Source: Chiloscyllium plagiosum
Lineage: Eukaryota
Assembly: GCF_004010195.1 (NCBI RefSeq)
Contig: NC_057719.1
Span: forward strand, 28,443,153 to 28,507,152
Direction of reading: 5' to 3'
Length of the DNA stretch: 64,000 bases
Of this stretch, positions 37,535 to 51,289 are shown piece after piece. A model generated the notes under the pieces. It ran no database searches. It saw nothing but the letters and a program-made list of their open reading frames with translations, and had not been told where the DNA came from. The translations under genes were made by a program, and so were the position numbers. Every line of letters starts with the position of its first letter. Position 1 is the first letter of the stretch.

Positions 37535-39240
37535 TGGTCCAAACTAGTAGTCTACTCTTTAGTTACAACAGCACTACTATAAACGTATTTTAAGGCTGTC
37601 CTTACTCTTAGTTCCAGATGTTTATTGTGAACATGGGAGGATATTCAAATTAAAAGGTCTTAAAAAGGCTAAAAGCTTCTGCTAAATAGTTGAGTTGTCA
37701 GCCTGTAATATGAAATAGCAGTAGAAATAGACTATTCATCCCTTGCATGTTCTCCATCATTCAATAAGGTCGATTTATGTTTTGAAATCCAATTCCATCG
37801 AGCGCCGAAAACCATTGATTTCTCAGTCTTACCAAGAATCTATACACCTCTGTCTTAAAAACATTTAGTTACTCCAACTCCATTGCATTCTGAAGTTTTC
37901 GTAGAAGCAAAGGTAACAAATTCACACTTTAGTGTAATGAAACAGAAAATAGATGACCTACTATCAGACAAGTAATCTCATTAGTAGCATGAAACACAAT
38001 CAGAATTAATGCATTCTGACAGTGTTATTATGAGGAGCTTTGTAGGCAGATAGAGAGAGTGACCATACTTTCATTTTGCTTTTTGATTCTAACTCAGCCT
38101 CAAAAGGAATGACACTGTTCTCCTTGGCAACTCTGTGAAGAGATTTGAATAAAATTAGTCTGTGCTTGCTTCACAGGTTGCGAGTCCATAGTACACAAAA
38201 GAATAAAAGTGATACAGTTAACATCAAAGGGCAGTTCAGTGCATCAACAGAGTAATCAGATTATAGAGTGGTAGGGACACCACTTAATTATCAAACTCAT
38301 GCCTAATTTGACTGTGTCTTGCTGTTAGAAGCACAAAATCATGTGAGGGTCTTAAATACAAAAGCCATAAGGAGCGACCTCTCCCCATAGCTCAATGGGT
38401 CAATGTAGGCTGTGGTGTTGCATTGATGGTGTCAAATATGCTCTTTAGTCAATGTTAAGTTAGTTAATCTTGGTTGTTGGCTCTGTGGTTGGTCTCAATA
38501 TATGAACATTGAGGAGAAACAAAAAGTAATAGCGTTATATGTTCCCTATTTGAAAGATGGCGGCGGTCAGAAGTAAAATAGAACTTCCTGCTCTTACTTA
38601 ATGACTCAACATTTGTCTGAAGTAGGGAATTTCATGGACAAAGTGAAGAAGAGATTGGGGCTGAGATTTTCCCAACCTATTAGCTGCAAAGCCTGTTAAC
38701 ACCCAAGTTCAAACATAAAGAAGGATTTTTTTTATAGAATATTCTTATTTCTTACTGAATAATGTTTAAATGAGCAAATAAACTAGGAGTTCTGCCAGGT
38801 TTGAAGTTTTGTCTGTGTAGATCTTTTTCAAGAAAAGGAAGGCAAGTGGTCTTACATCCTCCTAAGCTAGGCAAATTGGATGAGCAGCACTGACAAACAA
38901 CGAAAAACTACCACAAAGAGATATCGAAAGCATTTCACAACTGTATACATAGACAAAAATAGATTCAAACTCAAAGATGATGGCTTCAATCTTATCAACA
39001 TTAATGGGAAGCAATTGCAACTCATCCAAAACAGGATGTCAGAAAAGTAGTTAGACAGCATTGAGAGCAAACAGCAGTGTTGAGAGAGGTGGTGGGGAGA
39101 TAAGAGGTTGGCACCACAGCATAGATGTGGAACCTGACCACATTGTTCTGGATGGCACCCCAAAATGAAAGCAGTAGTGGAAGAGTTAGGTACCAAAGAC
39201 AGAAGTTTGAAAAACTTTAGAGGTAATGGTATCAACTTAC

Positions 39241-39402
39241 ATGTGCAAGCACTCTTGATGCATTCTTACACATATCATGTGTAATTTGGAATGTGGTCCT
39301 GAAATATGGACGGATGGGTTGAAACACCAAGAATTTTGGATCACCTTCTCATTGGCAACTATTGATCCTTCTTCAAATATCGTGTTTTGCTGGTACCACA
39401 AC
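39241..39402 (-). CDS. Exon C; VVVPAKHDI*RRINSCQ*EGDPKFLVFQPIRPYFRTTFQITHDMCKNASRVLAH, TGA at 39375-39373 and 39351-39349
   Basis: Acceptor aattattcag|GTT, donor ACAT|gtaagt; 162 nt (symmetric); a second frame (LWYQQNTIFEEG...) is fully open, so the frame assignment is less sure than the exon itself. Confidence 0.7.
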
Positions 39403-39569
39403 CTGAATAATTTTTCATTTTTCCATATTTGATTAACATTCCTTATTTGAAACAAATCAGAAGGTATAAAACTGAAGAATCATTCAAACATCAGTAGTTT
39501 TGCTCAAATCTCTGGGAAACTGGAATGCAAGAATTCTATAAACTTACAATTCATTCAGAAGGAAAAAAA

Positions 39570-40028
39570 TTCCAGAGTGTGACTAAACCCTAACCACTCG
39601 ACTCCTGGAGGAAGAATGCCACATCTTTCGCCTTGGGACTCTGCAACCACACGGAATTAATGTGGATTTCACTAGTTTCTTCATTTCCCCTCCCCCCAAC
39701 TTATCCCATTCCCAAGCGTCCAACCTGGCACCACCCTCTTGACCTGTCCATCACCTTTCCTATCTACCTGCCCCACCCTCCTCTCCTGCCCATCACCTTC
39801 TCCCCCACCTTCATCTAACTATTGCTTTCCCAGCTACCTTCCCCCACCAGCCCCATCCCCTTCCCATTTATCTCTCAGCCCCCTGGCCCATAAGTCTCAT
39901 TCCTGATGAAGGGCTTATGCTCGAAACATCAATCTTCTTGCTTCTCTGAAGTCACCTGACTGGCTGTGCTTTTCCAGCACCACACTCTCAACTCTGACCT
40001 CTAGCATCTGCAGTCCTCATTTTCTCCT
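39570..40028 (+). mobile_element. Penelope-like 3' end
   Basis: ctggaggaagaatgccacatctttcgccttggg and the typical terminus; flanked on both sides by agaaggaaaaa. Confidence 0.75.
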
Positions 40029-40139
40029 AGAAGGAAAAAGTTTGTCTAAATTCAATGATTTATTTGAAGTAGGTAAGACAACATCAGAATTTTTAAACAA
40101 TAATTCCAGTTGTATGGCTGTTGCTTGCACTATATGTTA

Positions 40140-42898
40140 CTTGCCTATTTTATTGCTACGATAAATTATTAACTGTGTGAATCCCAGCGTGCAGTGCCAC
40201 AGTAACAGAGATTAATCTTTGTGGACTGTCAATCCAAATTGCACGTTCCCAGTTTTCAAAGGACATGGCACAGTCAGGAGATCCGCCCCCATTGTTACCA
40301 CCGCCGCAGCCATTTCCACCCCCGTCATCACCTACGCTACAAGTTCTGCCACTTCCACCCACTGTGTCATTACCAATGCCACGCATTCTGACACTTCCTC
40401 CCCTGCAGCTGCTGTTATTGCAACCACTTCCGCCCCCACTGAGGCCACTCACNNNATTACTTCCATAAATAACGTCAGCCCTGGTCCCCCCCACTACCAC
40501 ACCTACTCCAGTTATAGTCTCCAGCTATAGACTCCCAGCTCCAGCCCTACACCAGGTCCTAGCTTCCAGCATGCCATGTTTTCACTATCCCTCCAGACCT
40601 CCCTCTCACTGAGGACGAACGATCAGTCCTCAGCAAAGGCCTTACCTTCATCCTCTTCTGCTCCCAGATCAACAAATTCAACACGCTTTGTGACATTGAA
40701 CACTTCTTCCAGCCTCTCCACCTCCGAGCTTACTTTTTCCATTAAGACTCCTGTCCACCTTCCGAGGACCCCTGTGTCCACCTCCAACACACTGCATCCA
40801 CCTGGACACACTGTGCGGATTTATTACACATTCTCAATCTCTTTATTTCCAACTGCTGTCGGGACATTGACTGCCTCAACCAGTCCACCCCCTCACCCAC
40901 TCCAACCTCTCACCCTCACAAGGTGCAGCCCTCCACTCCCTCTGCTCCACCTCAACTTCACCATCAAACCAGCGGACAAAGGAGTTGCAGTGGTAGTTTG
41001 GCGCACTGACCTCTACACCGCTTAAACCAGGTGCCAACTTGAAGACATCTCCGACTGCCCCTCGACCATGACCCATCACCAAACCATCATCTTCCAGACC
41101 ATACACAACCTCACCACCTTAGGGGATCTCCCACCCACAGCTTCCAACCTCATAGCTCAGGAACCCTGCAGCACCTGGTTCTACCTCCTACTGAAGATCC
41201 ACAAACCTGACTACCCAGGCCAACCTGTCATCTCAGCCTGCTCCTGCCCCACCAAATTCATCTCCACATACCTCGATACTGTCCTAACTTCCCTGGTCCA
41301 GGAACTCACCAAATTCGTTTGTGACATCACCCAGGCCCTCCACCTCCTCCAAGACTATCGTTTCCATAGTCTCATCTTCATCATGGACATCCAGTCGCTA
41401 TACACCTCCATCTGCCATGACCAGGTCCTCCAAGCCCTCCATTTCTTCTTCTCCTGATGTCCCCACAGGTAGACTTCCACTGACACTCTCATTCATTTGG
41501 CTGAACTCACCATCAATAATTTCTCCTTCGAATCCTCCCACTTCCTCCAGATGAAAGAGTAGCTATGGGCACCCAATTAGGCCCCCGTTGTGCCTGTCTC
41601 TTTGTTGGCTACATGGGAACAGTCCAATTCCTCAGTTACACCGGCACCACTCCTCACCTTTTCCTCTGCTACATTGATGACTACATCGGCGCCACCTCGT
41701 GCTCCCACGAGGAGGTTGAACAGTTCATCAGCTTCACCAACACATTCCACCCCGACCTTAAGTTCACCTGGACCATCTCAGACATCTCCCTCCCATCCTG
41801 GACCTCTCCATCTCCATCAATGGAGACTTACTCAACACTGATATTTTCTACAAATCAACTGACTCCCACAGCTACCTGGATTACACCTCCTCCCACCCTG
41901 CCTCCTGTAAAAATGCTATGCTTATTCCCAATTCCTCCGCCTCCGTCGCATTTGCCGCGGAGTTCCACTACAGAACAGACCAGATAGCCTCCTTCTTCAA
42001 AGATCGCAATTTCCAATCCCACATGGTAGATGATGGCCTCCAGCGCATCTCACCCACTTCCCATACATTCGCCCTCGAACCCGACTCCCCAACTGCAACA
42101 AGAACAGAACCCCCCGGTCCTCACTGTCTAACCCACTAACCTCTGTATACATCCACCATTTTCACCACCTACAAATGGACCTCACCACCAGGGATATATT
42201 TCCCTCCCCACCCTGATCCGCTTTCCATAAAGATTGTTCCCTCTGTGACTACCTGGTCAGGTCCATGCACCCCCCAACAACCCACCCTCCCCTCCTGGAA
42301 CTGTCCCCTGCACCGCAGGAATTTCAAACCCTGCACCTACACCTTCCCCCTCACCCACATCCAAGGCCCCAAAGCTTCACCTGCACTTCCACATATGTCA
42401 TTTACTGTATCCGTTGCTCCCAATGCGGTCTCCTCTACACTGGGGAAACAGGACACCTACTTGCAGAGCACTTCAGAGAACATGTCCGGGACACACACAC
42501 CAACCAACCCCACCATCCCGTGGGCGAACACTTCAACTCCCCCTCCCATTCTGCCAAGGATATGCAGGTCCTGGGCCAACTCCATCGCCACACCCTTACC
42601 ATCCGACACCTGGAGGAAGAACACCTCATCTTCCACCTCAGGACCCTCCAACCCCATGGCATCAATATGGATTTCACCAGTTTCCTCATTTCCCCTCTCC
42701 CCACCTTGTCCCAGTTCCAACCTTCCAGTTCAGCTCCGCCCTCATGACCTCTCTTACCGTCCATGTTCCTTCCCACCTATCCACTCCACCCTCCCCTCCA
42801 ACCTATCACCATTAACCCCATCTCCATCCACCTATTTCACTCTCAGCTATCTTCCCCTGAGCCACCCCCCCCTCCCCTCCCATTTATTGCTCCACCCG
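40140..42898 (+). mobile_element. Long degenerate Penelope-like element (RT + GIY-YIG endonuclease)
   Basis: IKPADKGVAVVVW, FYLLLKIHKP, MDIQSLYTSI, MGTQLGP, YIDDYIG, VIYCIRCSQCGLLYTGETG; NNN gap at 40453-40455. Confidence 0.9.
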
Positions 42899-44553
42899 GA
42901 GATACTAATTTAGTATTTTGCATCAGTGTTTACTGTGGAAAAGGACATGGAAGATATAGAAGGTCAGGAAATAGATGATGACATCTTGAAAAATGTCCAT
43001 ATTACAGAAGAAGTGCTGGAGATCTTGAAACACATAAAACTGGATAAATCCCCAGGACCTGATCAGGTGTACCATAGAACTCTGTGGGAGGCTAGGGAAG
43101 TGATTGCTAGGCCTCTTGCAGAGATATTTATATCAATAGTCACAGGTGAGGTGCTGGAAGATGGGAGGTTGGCTAACGTGGTGCCACTGTTTAAGAAAGG
43201 TGTAAGGACAAGCCAGGGAACTATAGACCAGTGAGTCTGACGTCGGTGGTGGCATAGGGACAGGATGTACATGTATTTGGAAAGACAAGGACTGATTAGG
43301 GATATTCAACATGGCTTTGTGCGTGGGAAATCATGTCTCTCAAACTTGATTGAGTTTTTTTAAGAAGTAACAAAGACGATTGATTAGGGCAGAGTGGTAA
43401 ATGTGACCTATATAGACTTCAGTAAGGCTTTTGACAAGATTCCCCATGGGAGACTGGTTAGCAAGGTTAGATCTCATGGAATACAGGAAGAACTAGACAT
43501 TTGGATACAGAACTGGCTCAAAAGTTGAAGGTGGTATTGGAGAGTTGTTTTTCAGACTGGAGGCCTGTGACCAGTGGAGTGCCACAAGGATCAGTGCTGG
43601 GCCCTCTACTTTTCGTCATTTATATAAATGGTTTAGATGTGAGCATATAATTAGTAAGTTTGCAGATGACACCAAAATTGGATGTGTAGTGGACAGTGAA
43701 GAAGGTTGACTGAGATTACAATGGGATCTTGATGAGATGGGCCAATGGGCTGAGAAATGGCAGATGGAGTTTAATTTAGATAAATATGAGGTGCTGCACT
43801 TAATGGTAAGGTCTGAAGGAGTGTTGCTGAACAAAGAGACTTTGCAGTGCAGGTTCATAGCTCCTTGAAAGTGGAGTCGCAGGTAGATAGGATAGTGAAG
43901 AAGGTGTTTGGTATGCTTTCCTTTACTGGTCAGAGTATTGATTACAGAAGTTGGGAGGTCATGTTGCGGCTGTACAGGACATTGGTTAGGCCACTGTTGG
44001 AATATTGCATGCAATTCTGGTCTCCTTCCTATTGGAAGGACGTTGTGAAACTTGAAAGGGTTCAGAAAAGATTTAGAAGGATGTTGCCAGGGTTGGAGGA
44101 TTTGAGCTATAGGGAGAGGCTGAACAGGCTGGGGCTGTTTTCCCTGGAGCGTCGGAGGCTGAGGGGTGACCTTATAGAAGTTTATAAAATCATGAGGGGC
44201 ATGGATAGGATAAATAGACAAAGTCTGTTCCCTGGGGTGGGGGAGTTCACAACTGGCGGGCATATGTTTAGGGTGAGAGGGGAAAGATTTAAATGAGACC
44301 TAAGGGGCAACTTTTTCACACAGAGGGTGGTGTGTGTATGGAATGAGCTATCAGAGGAAGTGGTGGAGGCTGGTACAATTACAACATTTTAAAGGTATCT
44401 GGATGGGTATATGAATAGGAAGGGTTTGGGGAATATGGGCGGTGTGCTGGCAGGTGGGACTATATTGGGTTGGGATAAGTGGTCGGCATGGACAGGTTGG
44501 ACTGAAGGGCTTGTTTCCGTGTTATAAATCTCAGTGACTCTCTGACTCTATGA
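42899..44553 (+). mobile_element. CR1/HER1-type LINE, RT to 3' end
   Basis: DKSPGPDQVY, FADDTK motif near 43660, LYRTLVRPLLEYCMQFWSP, gactct tail. Confidence 0.9.
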
Positions 44554-45147
44554 CATGTAACAACAATTAATCAAGCAATAAAGAAGAAAAGCATAAACAA
44601 CTAAATCTATGAGGATAGAGAACTACTTATGACAATATAAAGCTACTTGTATTACCTCCCCAAGATATATCAAATTGTTTTATGGCCAATAAGGATGTTT
44701 AGAAATAGTGTCTACTGTAAAGACTCTACCAGTCATCTCAACCTCATCAAAAAACCAGGATTCCCCTGGTTCTTGAACTATCGAGTAAAACTGATAGCTT
44801 TGCATAATTACAGGAGGCTTGGGGTTGTATTATTCCTTAACTAAATCCATCAAATCTTGGAAGGTTTTATTATCTGGTACCTCAGGCAGATTTAGGCTTT
44901 GAATAACTGAAAAAGCTGCGGGTCCACAAGCTGTCAGGAGAATTATTAATTGTTTACATCTGCACCAATGTCATTTGCCTGGAAAAAAATAATGCATTCT
45001 TTCCACATACTGGGTCCAGTCTTTAACTGCAGGATTGAACAAGTCAAGCTTTCCAAATAACAGCATGATGCCAGAAATGCTTATCCCAATTCAAATTGAC
45101 TGTTGCGAGCGAGTTTCTTCAGGGGCATGATTTTCTCTTGTCACCAG

Positions 45148-45322
45148 TGAAATAATTCCATGAAGGCCGGTATACCATCACCAAGTCACCCTCTATTTAC
45201 ATGTGCATAGTACATGATACTGACCCAGCTAGCTCCGAGCTGGTTCTGAGAGTAAACAGACCTTGTGACACTCCTCTTTTTATCTGTCAGCCAGATCTCC
45301 CTAATTGGACCAGGTTAACAGC
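45148..45322 (-). mobile_element. Gypsy solo-LTR fragment of the same family as 29694-29929
   Basis: tgaaataattcc...ccaagtcaccct is the reverse complement of the LTR 3' end. Confidence 0.7.
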
Positions 45323-45465
45323 GCCTGTTAAAGCAGCGTTAGGAATGGGGTAACGTGGGAGTGGCTTGGTCCTTGTTCAGGAGCACTCTGGTTTCGGCAG
45401 CGGATGGATGGGGAGACAGAGCATAGTGTATATAGTAACCTCATATACTAGGGACTGTGGAGGGA

Positions 45466-45945
45466 CAATAGACAATAGACAATAGGTGCAGGAGTAGGCC
45501 ATTCAGCTATTCGAGCCTGCACCGCCATTCAATATAATCATGGCTGATCATTCCTAATCAGTATCCTGTTCCTGCCTTCTCTCTATAACCCTTGATTCCA
45601 CTATCCTTGAGAGCTCTATCCAACTCTTTCTTTAATGAATCCAGAGAGTGGGCCTCCACTGCCCTTTGGGGCAGAGCATTCCACACAGCCACCACTCTCT
45701 GGGTGAAGAAGTTTCTCCTGAGCTCTGTCCTAAATGGTCTACCCCGTATTTTTAAGCTATGTCCTCTGGTTCGGCACTCCCCATCAGTGGAAATATGTTT
45801 CCTATTGCCAGAGTGTCCAATCCTTTCATAATCTTATATGTCTCAATCAGATCCCCTCTCAGTCTTCGAAACTCAAGGGTATACAAGCCCAGTCGCTTCA
45901 GTCTTTCAGTGTAAGGTAATCCTGCCATTCCAGGAATTGACCTCG
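45466..45945 (-). mobile_element. CR1-type LINE 3' end
   Basis: (gacaata)n tail; ttccacacagccaccactctctgggtgaagaag. Confidence 0.75.
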
Positions 45946-45999
45946 TGATGTCTCATATAGACTGCTTTATGGGAAGCTGAGGAGATATGAAGCTGATGG

Positions 46000-47812
46000 G
46001 GCTCACAGGAAGGGCTATCAGAAAGGAGATCTGGCTGTTCAGGCTCTCACCAACACATTGAGGCGAAAGTTGAAGAGTGTTCACCATGAGTTTCCATTGT
46101 ATAGAAATCAAAAAATACACAACACAAAATTACTTCAACTACACCCAGACTGGGTGGGGTAAATGTATCAACCTGTGAGGAAGGGGCTGCCCAACCCACT
46201 ACTGTAAGGCCCTTTAGAGAGAAAGTACAGTGCATGGAGTCCCTGGATTGTTCAGGACACAGACTTGCAGGTCCCCTCATCCCTGGAGACCGTACAGCAT
46301 TGGCTCTCTGTATACTGTCTATGCCATTGCCCCAGACACTGATGATCATTTCATTCACACCAATAGTTTTGGACATAGAGGCCAGGGAAAGATGAGGCAG
46401 GTCTTCAAATGAGAGGCAATGATGCCAACATAACCAATTGCCTCAATACTTCTCCATAATGCAGCAGCTGGATCTCAGCATAGACACTGGACATCCAGTC
46501 AGGATTGAAATCAGGCATCACGCTGCAATTGTTACATTGGGGCCCACGCAGAGACTCAATAAAATGGATGCAGTGCAAAACCAGTCATATTTATACAAAC
46601 GTAATACTCTATACAGAGGGCACTGTCACTTATGTCAAAATATTGCCTCAGAAAGGTTTTCTTACTTTCTCTCCCACTATGTCTTAGGTTACTCATGGTT
46701 CCACAGCTGAAGTGAAAGGAACCTCTCTGCAGTGGAGCCAGCTGAGAAGCTGTGAGGTTATGTTCCCAAACTTACTAAACGTGACATTACAACTGAGGTG
46801 TTAGAATCTGAGCTGGCAGTGGGTATAGGAGACAGCCTTGCCAGTGCTTTCTCTGAGGCCTCAGTATCAAGAAATTGAGGAAGTGGCTTCTGGCAGAGCA
46901 GGTTGTATCGCCGCAGAGGCCACCAGTACCTACAATACCCAAGGGAGACCAAGTGTCACAGGCAACAGTCAGAAGTGTGTAATGAATGAGACTGACAGCA
47001 GGGTTAATGTGGTAGTTACAGTGGAGTAAGAGTGGTACTTTCTTAGCTGGCGGGAGATGGCTACCATAACAACCCCATCCTTCCGCCACCTCACACACAA
47101 GTCAGCCCCCTCCCCAAGCAGTTCCGGTCCTCTCCTGTGAGAAATAGGAGCCTCTCCTTTTGGGATGTGGGTGGGGAGGGGCTGAGGAACCTGATGTCTG
47201 GCACCTTTCCACTCATCCAGGCCCTTCACTCAGATTGTGAGATAACATGAGAAAAAGGGAGTGATTGAGCGAGTTTGAAGTGGCTGGCACAGCTGCTTAT
47301 GCTGTTTGCCATTGACCTTTTTATGGCCATGCCAGCCACTGCTTCAGACCGGGAGGGAGGGGGCAGGGGGTGCTGACCACAAACCAGTTTGCAGGTAGGG
47401 TCTCGTGTCAAGGCCTTCTCTGCCTCTCCCACACCACCCCATCCACTGGGACCTCCAAATCCCTGTCGGTGAATCATGGTGCCATCTCCCCTTCTCCGAC
47501 ATCCTGAGAATGTCTGTGTGTCACCACTTAGGCCAGCTATGGAATGCCAGTGCTCACCTGGGTACACAGTGGGCTATGGAATGAACACCAGGGATGTTGG
47601 TCTTTTAGAGGCTATCCAGTGAGTGGTGAGTTCTTCTGGGAATGGCTCATACTAAGATGGAGATAGAATTAGATAAGATTAACTCCATCTGAGTGGGGTA
47701 GGTAGTTAATGAGGCGAGTTTGGCAACAAATCTCATTCAGCCTGTGGTGGAAAACACTCCAAAAAAAATTGACGCAGCTAGCACCCAGCCAAAAACATAT
47801 GCAGCTCAGCCC
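46000..47812 (-). mobile_element. Possible Harbinger Myb/SANT-like ORF remnant
   Basis: S/T/P-rich EASEKALARLSPIPTASSDSNTSV resembles Harbinger accessory ORFs; GC-richer than flanks; recognised from memory only. Confidence 0.35.
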
Positions 47813-50353
47813 TCTGTGTTACAATAGTGTTGGGGCCCAAATGATGTGATTAGAGCAGGAGTGATTAATTTTATTTTGGCCCCTTCTTGATCTGAGCAAG
47901 TGTTTGTCACAAATCAACCAAGATATCAGTATTTAAGACAGCAGTGCATGGGAACAATTCATGCAAAGTGTGATAATTTTCCAGTAATGATTTGAACCCT
48001 GTACATAAATCATTCAACTGGGTGGGCTTTATTAAATTTGAGGTAGTATCTTTAATCATAACCTGCAATGTAGCAGACAGAGAAAACCAAATATGAACTT
48101 TTAAAAAGACGACTGACCTCTTATCAGCAACTGGGACATCTCACATATATGGCAATATGTATGGACAACTCTAAACAGAATGTGACCCTTACTCAAAGAG
48201 AAGTCATTGAATTAAAATCATTAGATAGGGGATCATTTTACCATAGTTCACATGGCAATACTAGTAACTCAGGGTTCCAAATAAGCATTGGCTTTATTAC
48301 GTCAATGAAATTTGATCTTACCAGGGATAAAATATCATGGGCATAAAAAATAAATAAGTGTGCTTTGCTAGGGATTAGGAGTCCTAGTGTGAACCTTAGC
48401 CTAACATCCACACCCAGGCTTCCCCCTGCAGTGTGCTGGTAGTTGTGATTACAGCACCACATGGAGGGAGCTCCTGACATTATTCATCTGCAAGATCTCC
48501 CAGAGGAACTGACATTGATAGTGGCTGTGGTGATGTGCCAGGCCATCCAATCCTCTCAGCTCTGATCGGGGGTCACAAAGGTCAACATTGAAAATAAAAT
48601 TGATGAAAACCAACATGATTTCCTGCGGATTTACACAAAAAAGATTTCTTCCAGTAATTAGCAATGGATGAAATGATGATGAATAATGTGGTTAGCTATT
48701 GAAAGAAAATTAACTCCTTACTTCCCTTCCTTCTGGAGGGGCTTTACTTGTGTTCCATCAGGAGCACAATCATTTTCAATTCTTGCAACCTCATAAATTT
48801 CACCACAGATAGATCATCTGGCTCTCTGTGCAGATGCACATAGGAGCTATTTGTTCTAATCCTTTTTTCAAACATTTTTCCTCTAACCTTTTAATAACTT
48901 CTTTTTCCATAAACATTTAACTCTTTAAATATTATGATTGACTTGGATTTCAATACAACTTGCGAAAATGCATCTGTATCTCAACAGCCTGTCAGTCAGG
49001 TTGAAAAGTCTCTTTAGATTTATCAGTGGCATGAGCTTAAAGGGCTTATTACAAACTTAGTGAAAGGATGATCACAGTTTTTGGAATAGCTGGACCATGT
49101 TGTGCAGCTTTGACTCCTGCCCCCGGTTTGTGTTCAGTGTCTCTGATCTGAAAAATCCTGATGCTAGGACGCAGAAGTGACAGATCTACCATGAGACTGG
49201 AGACTGCACGTCTCCTCTATCTCATCATTATGCCTGAAATCCAGATATTCTAGCTAACAAACCCTGATCTACCACAATCTCTGGCCACACACTGTGCAGA
49301 GATGGACAAAGTGCAAGCTCACACTAGTGCTCTTGGATTTGATCCAGGGAGAACCTAAGAACAGGAGCAGGAGTAGGCAATTCAGCTTCTGAAGCCTGCT
49401 CCATTGTTTAATATGATCATAGCTGACGTCATATTATCCTCAACTGTACTTTCTTGCCCACTCCCTTTAACCCGTTACTAATTAAAAATCTGTCTATCTT
49501 CTCCTTACATTTATTCTGTGTCCTGGAGTCCACCGCTCTCTAGGGGGGTGAATGCTACATATCTGCTCCAAGAAACAACTTCTAGTAGACAACTTCTTCC
49601 TCAGGACTACCCTTGACAATTTGACGAATCCAATCTATATGCATGTCAAAATCATCCATGTCTTTCTTGCAAGCCCTCAGTATTTCTTGGTTTATACTGT
49701 GTCTGACTGTGGAACTACTTTTATTCCACAGGAAAATCTTTCTCTTGCTATTTCAAATTTCTACCCAGACTGGTTGTACTTATTGATCTCCAATGCCAAA
49801 ATCATTTCTCAACAGCACTGATCTCTTCCTTTACCAACGAAGCCACATAAACTTCCTTTTCCTTTCTATCTATCATTCTAAAACACTGAACATTCTTGGA
49901 TATTCAGCTCCCAAATCTGGTCTCCCTGTCACCACATCTCAGTTGACTCACTAAGTCATAACCATTTGTCTCTATTTGCCAAATGAAACTCATTTATTTT
50001 ACAAATAAACACAGTGGCTACAAGAGCCGGCCAGAGTGCAGAAATACTGCAGCGAGTAACTCACCTCCTGAATCCCCAAAGCCTGTCCACCATCTACAAA
50101 TCGCACTTTAGGAGTGTGATGGAATACTCTCCATTTGCCTGGATGGGTGCTGTTTCAACACATTCAAGAAGCTTGACACCATCCAGGACAAAACAGTCAC
50201 TTGAATGGCAGCGCACCCACTTACTCCACTACCAACAGCAAATAGCAGCAATGAAGATGCACTGCAAAAGTTTCCCAAAGATCCTTTGACACACCCTCCA
50301 AACCCAAGACAACTTCCATTCAGGACAAGGGCAGCAGGTACATGGGAACACCA

Positions 50354-50763
50354 CCTCCTGCAAGTTCCCCTCCAGCCACTCACCATCCTGGCTTGGAAAT
50401 ATATTGCTGTCCCTTTACTGTAATTGAGTCAAAATCCTGGAAGTCCTTCCCTAAGTTATTGTAGGTCAACCTATAACACATGGACTGCAGCAGTTCAAGA
50501 AGGCAGTTCACCACGACAGCCTAGCCACTCTCCCTTACATCAAAGACATCTCAGAAATGACCTCCTGCAAGTTCCCCTCCAGCCACTCACCATCCTGGCT
50601 TGGAAATATATTGCTGTCCCTTTACTGTAATTGAGTCAAAATCCTGGAAGACCTTCCCTAAGTTATTATAGGTCAACCTATAACACATGGACTACAGCGG
50701 TTCAAGAGGGCAGTTCACCACGACAGCCTAGCCACTCTCCCTTACATCAAAGACATCTCAGAA
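50354..50763 (+). repeat. Tandem duplication, period 207 bp
   Basis: 50354-50556 repeated at 50561-50763; ORFs 50424 and 50631 both begin SQNPG. Confidence 0.9.
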
Positions 50764-51135
50764 TTGACTGCCAGACTACTCAGACCCCTTGGCATCATGG
50801 TAGCCCACAAATCTACCAACACACTAAAACAGCAGCTAATGAACTTGAAAGACCCTATACAGGCAATTCAACCTGAACTCTATCAACAAACACATTGACT
50901 TGGATCCCATTTACCACCCCCTGAGAAAAAGTAGAGGAAATGACATCACCATAGGAAATAACATCACCACAGGAAGTGACATCACCAACTCAAAGAAACC
51001 CAAACATATAAATAGAAAGCAGAAATTATCAGCAATGCTTTGTCCGGATGCTCACTAAAGATGTTACCTTGTATGGTGATGAAACGTCTGAAAACGAACC
51101 TTCCAGCTCAGCGAGCAAACCTACATCCAGAACTT
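50720..51135 (+). mobile_element. Second Penelope-like family fragment
   Basis: LATLPYIKDISELTARLLRPLGIMVAHKSTNTLKQQLMNLKDPI. Confidence 0.7.
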
Positions 51136-51289
51136 CAGAACAGTGTTCCAATCAGACGAGTACATTAATTTCCAAGTATTACTTTTGTTTAAAACAGGTT
51201 CTTCCCTATTAGTTCCAAAAGCATTCAATTTTACCAATTAAAGCAAAATCAAATGAAACATGATGGAAACTGCATAATTATTTTTACTC

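Noticed and set aside
40453..40455. NNN inside a Thr/Pro-rich ORF
   Set aside because: Assembly gap in the low-complexity 5' part of a Penelope element.
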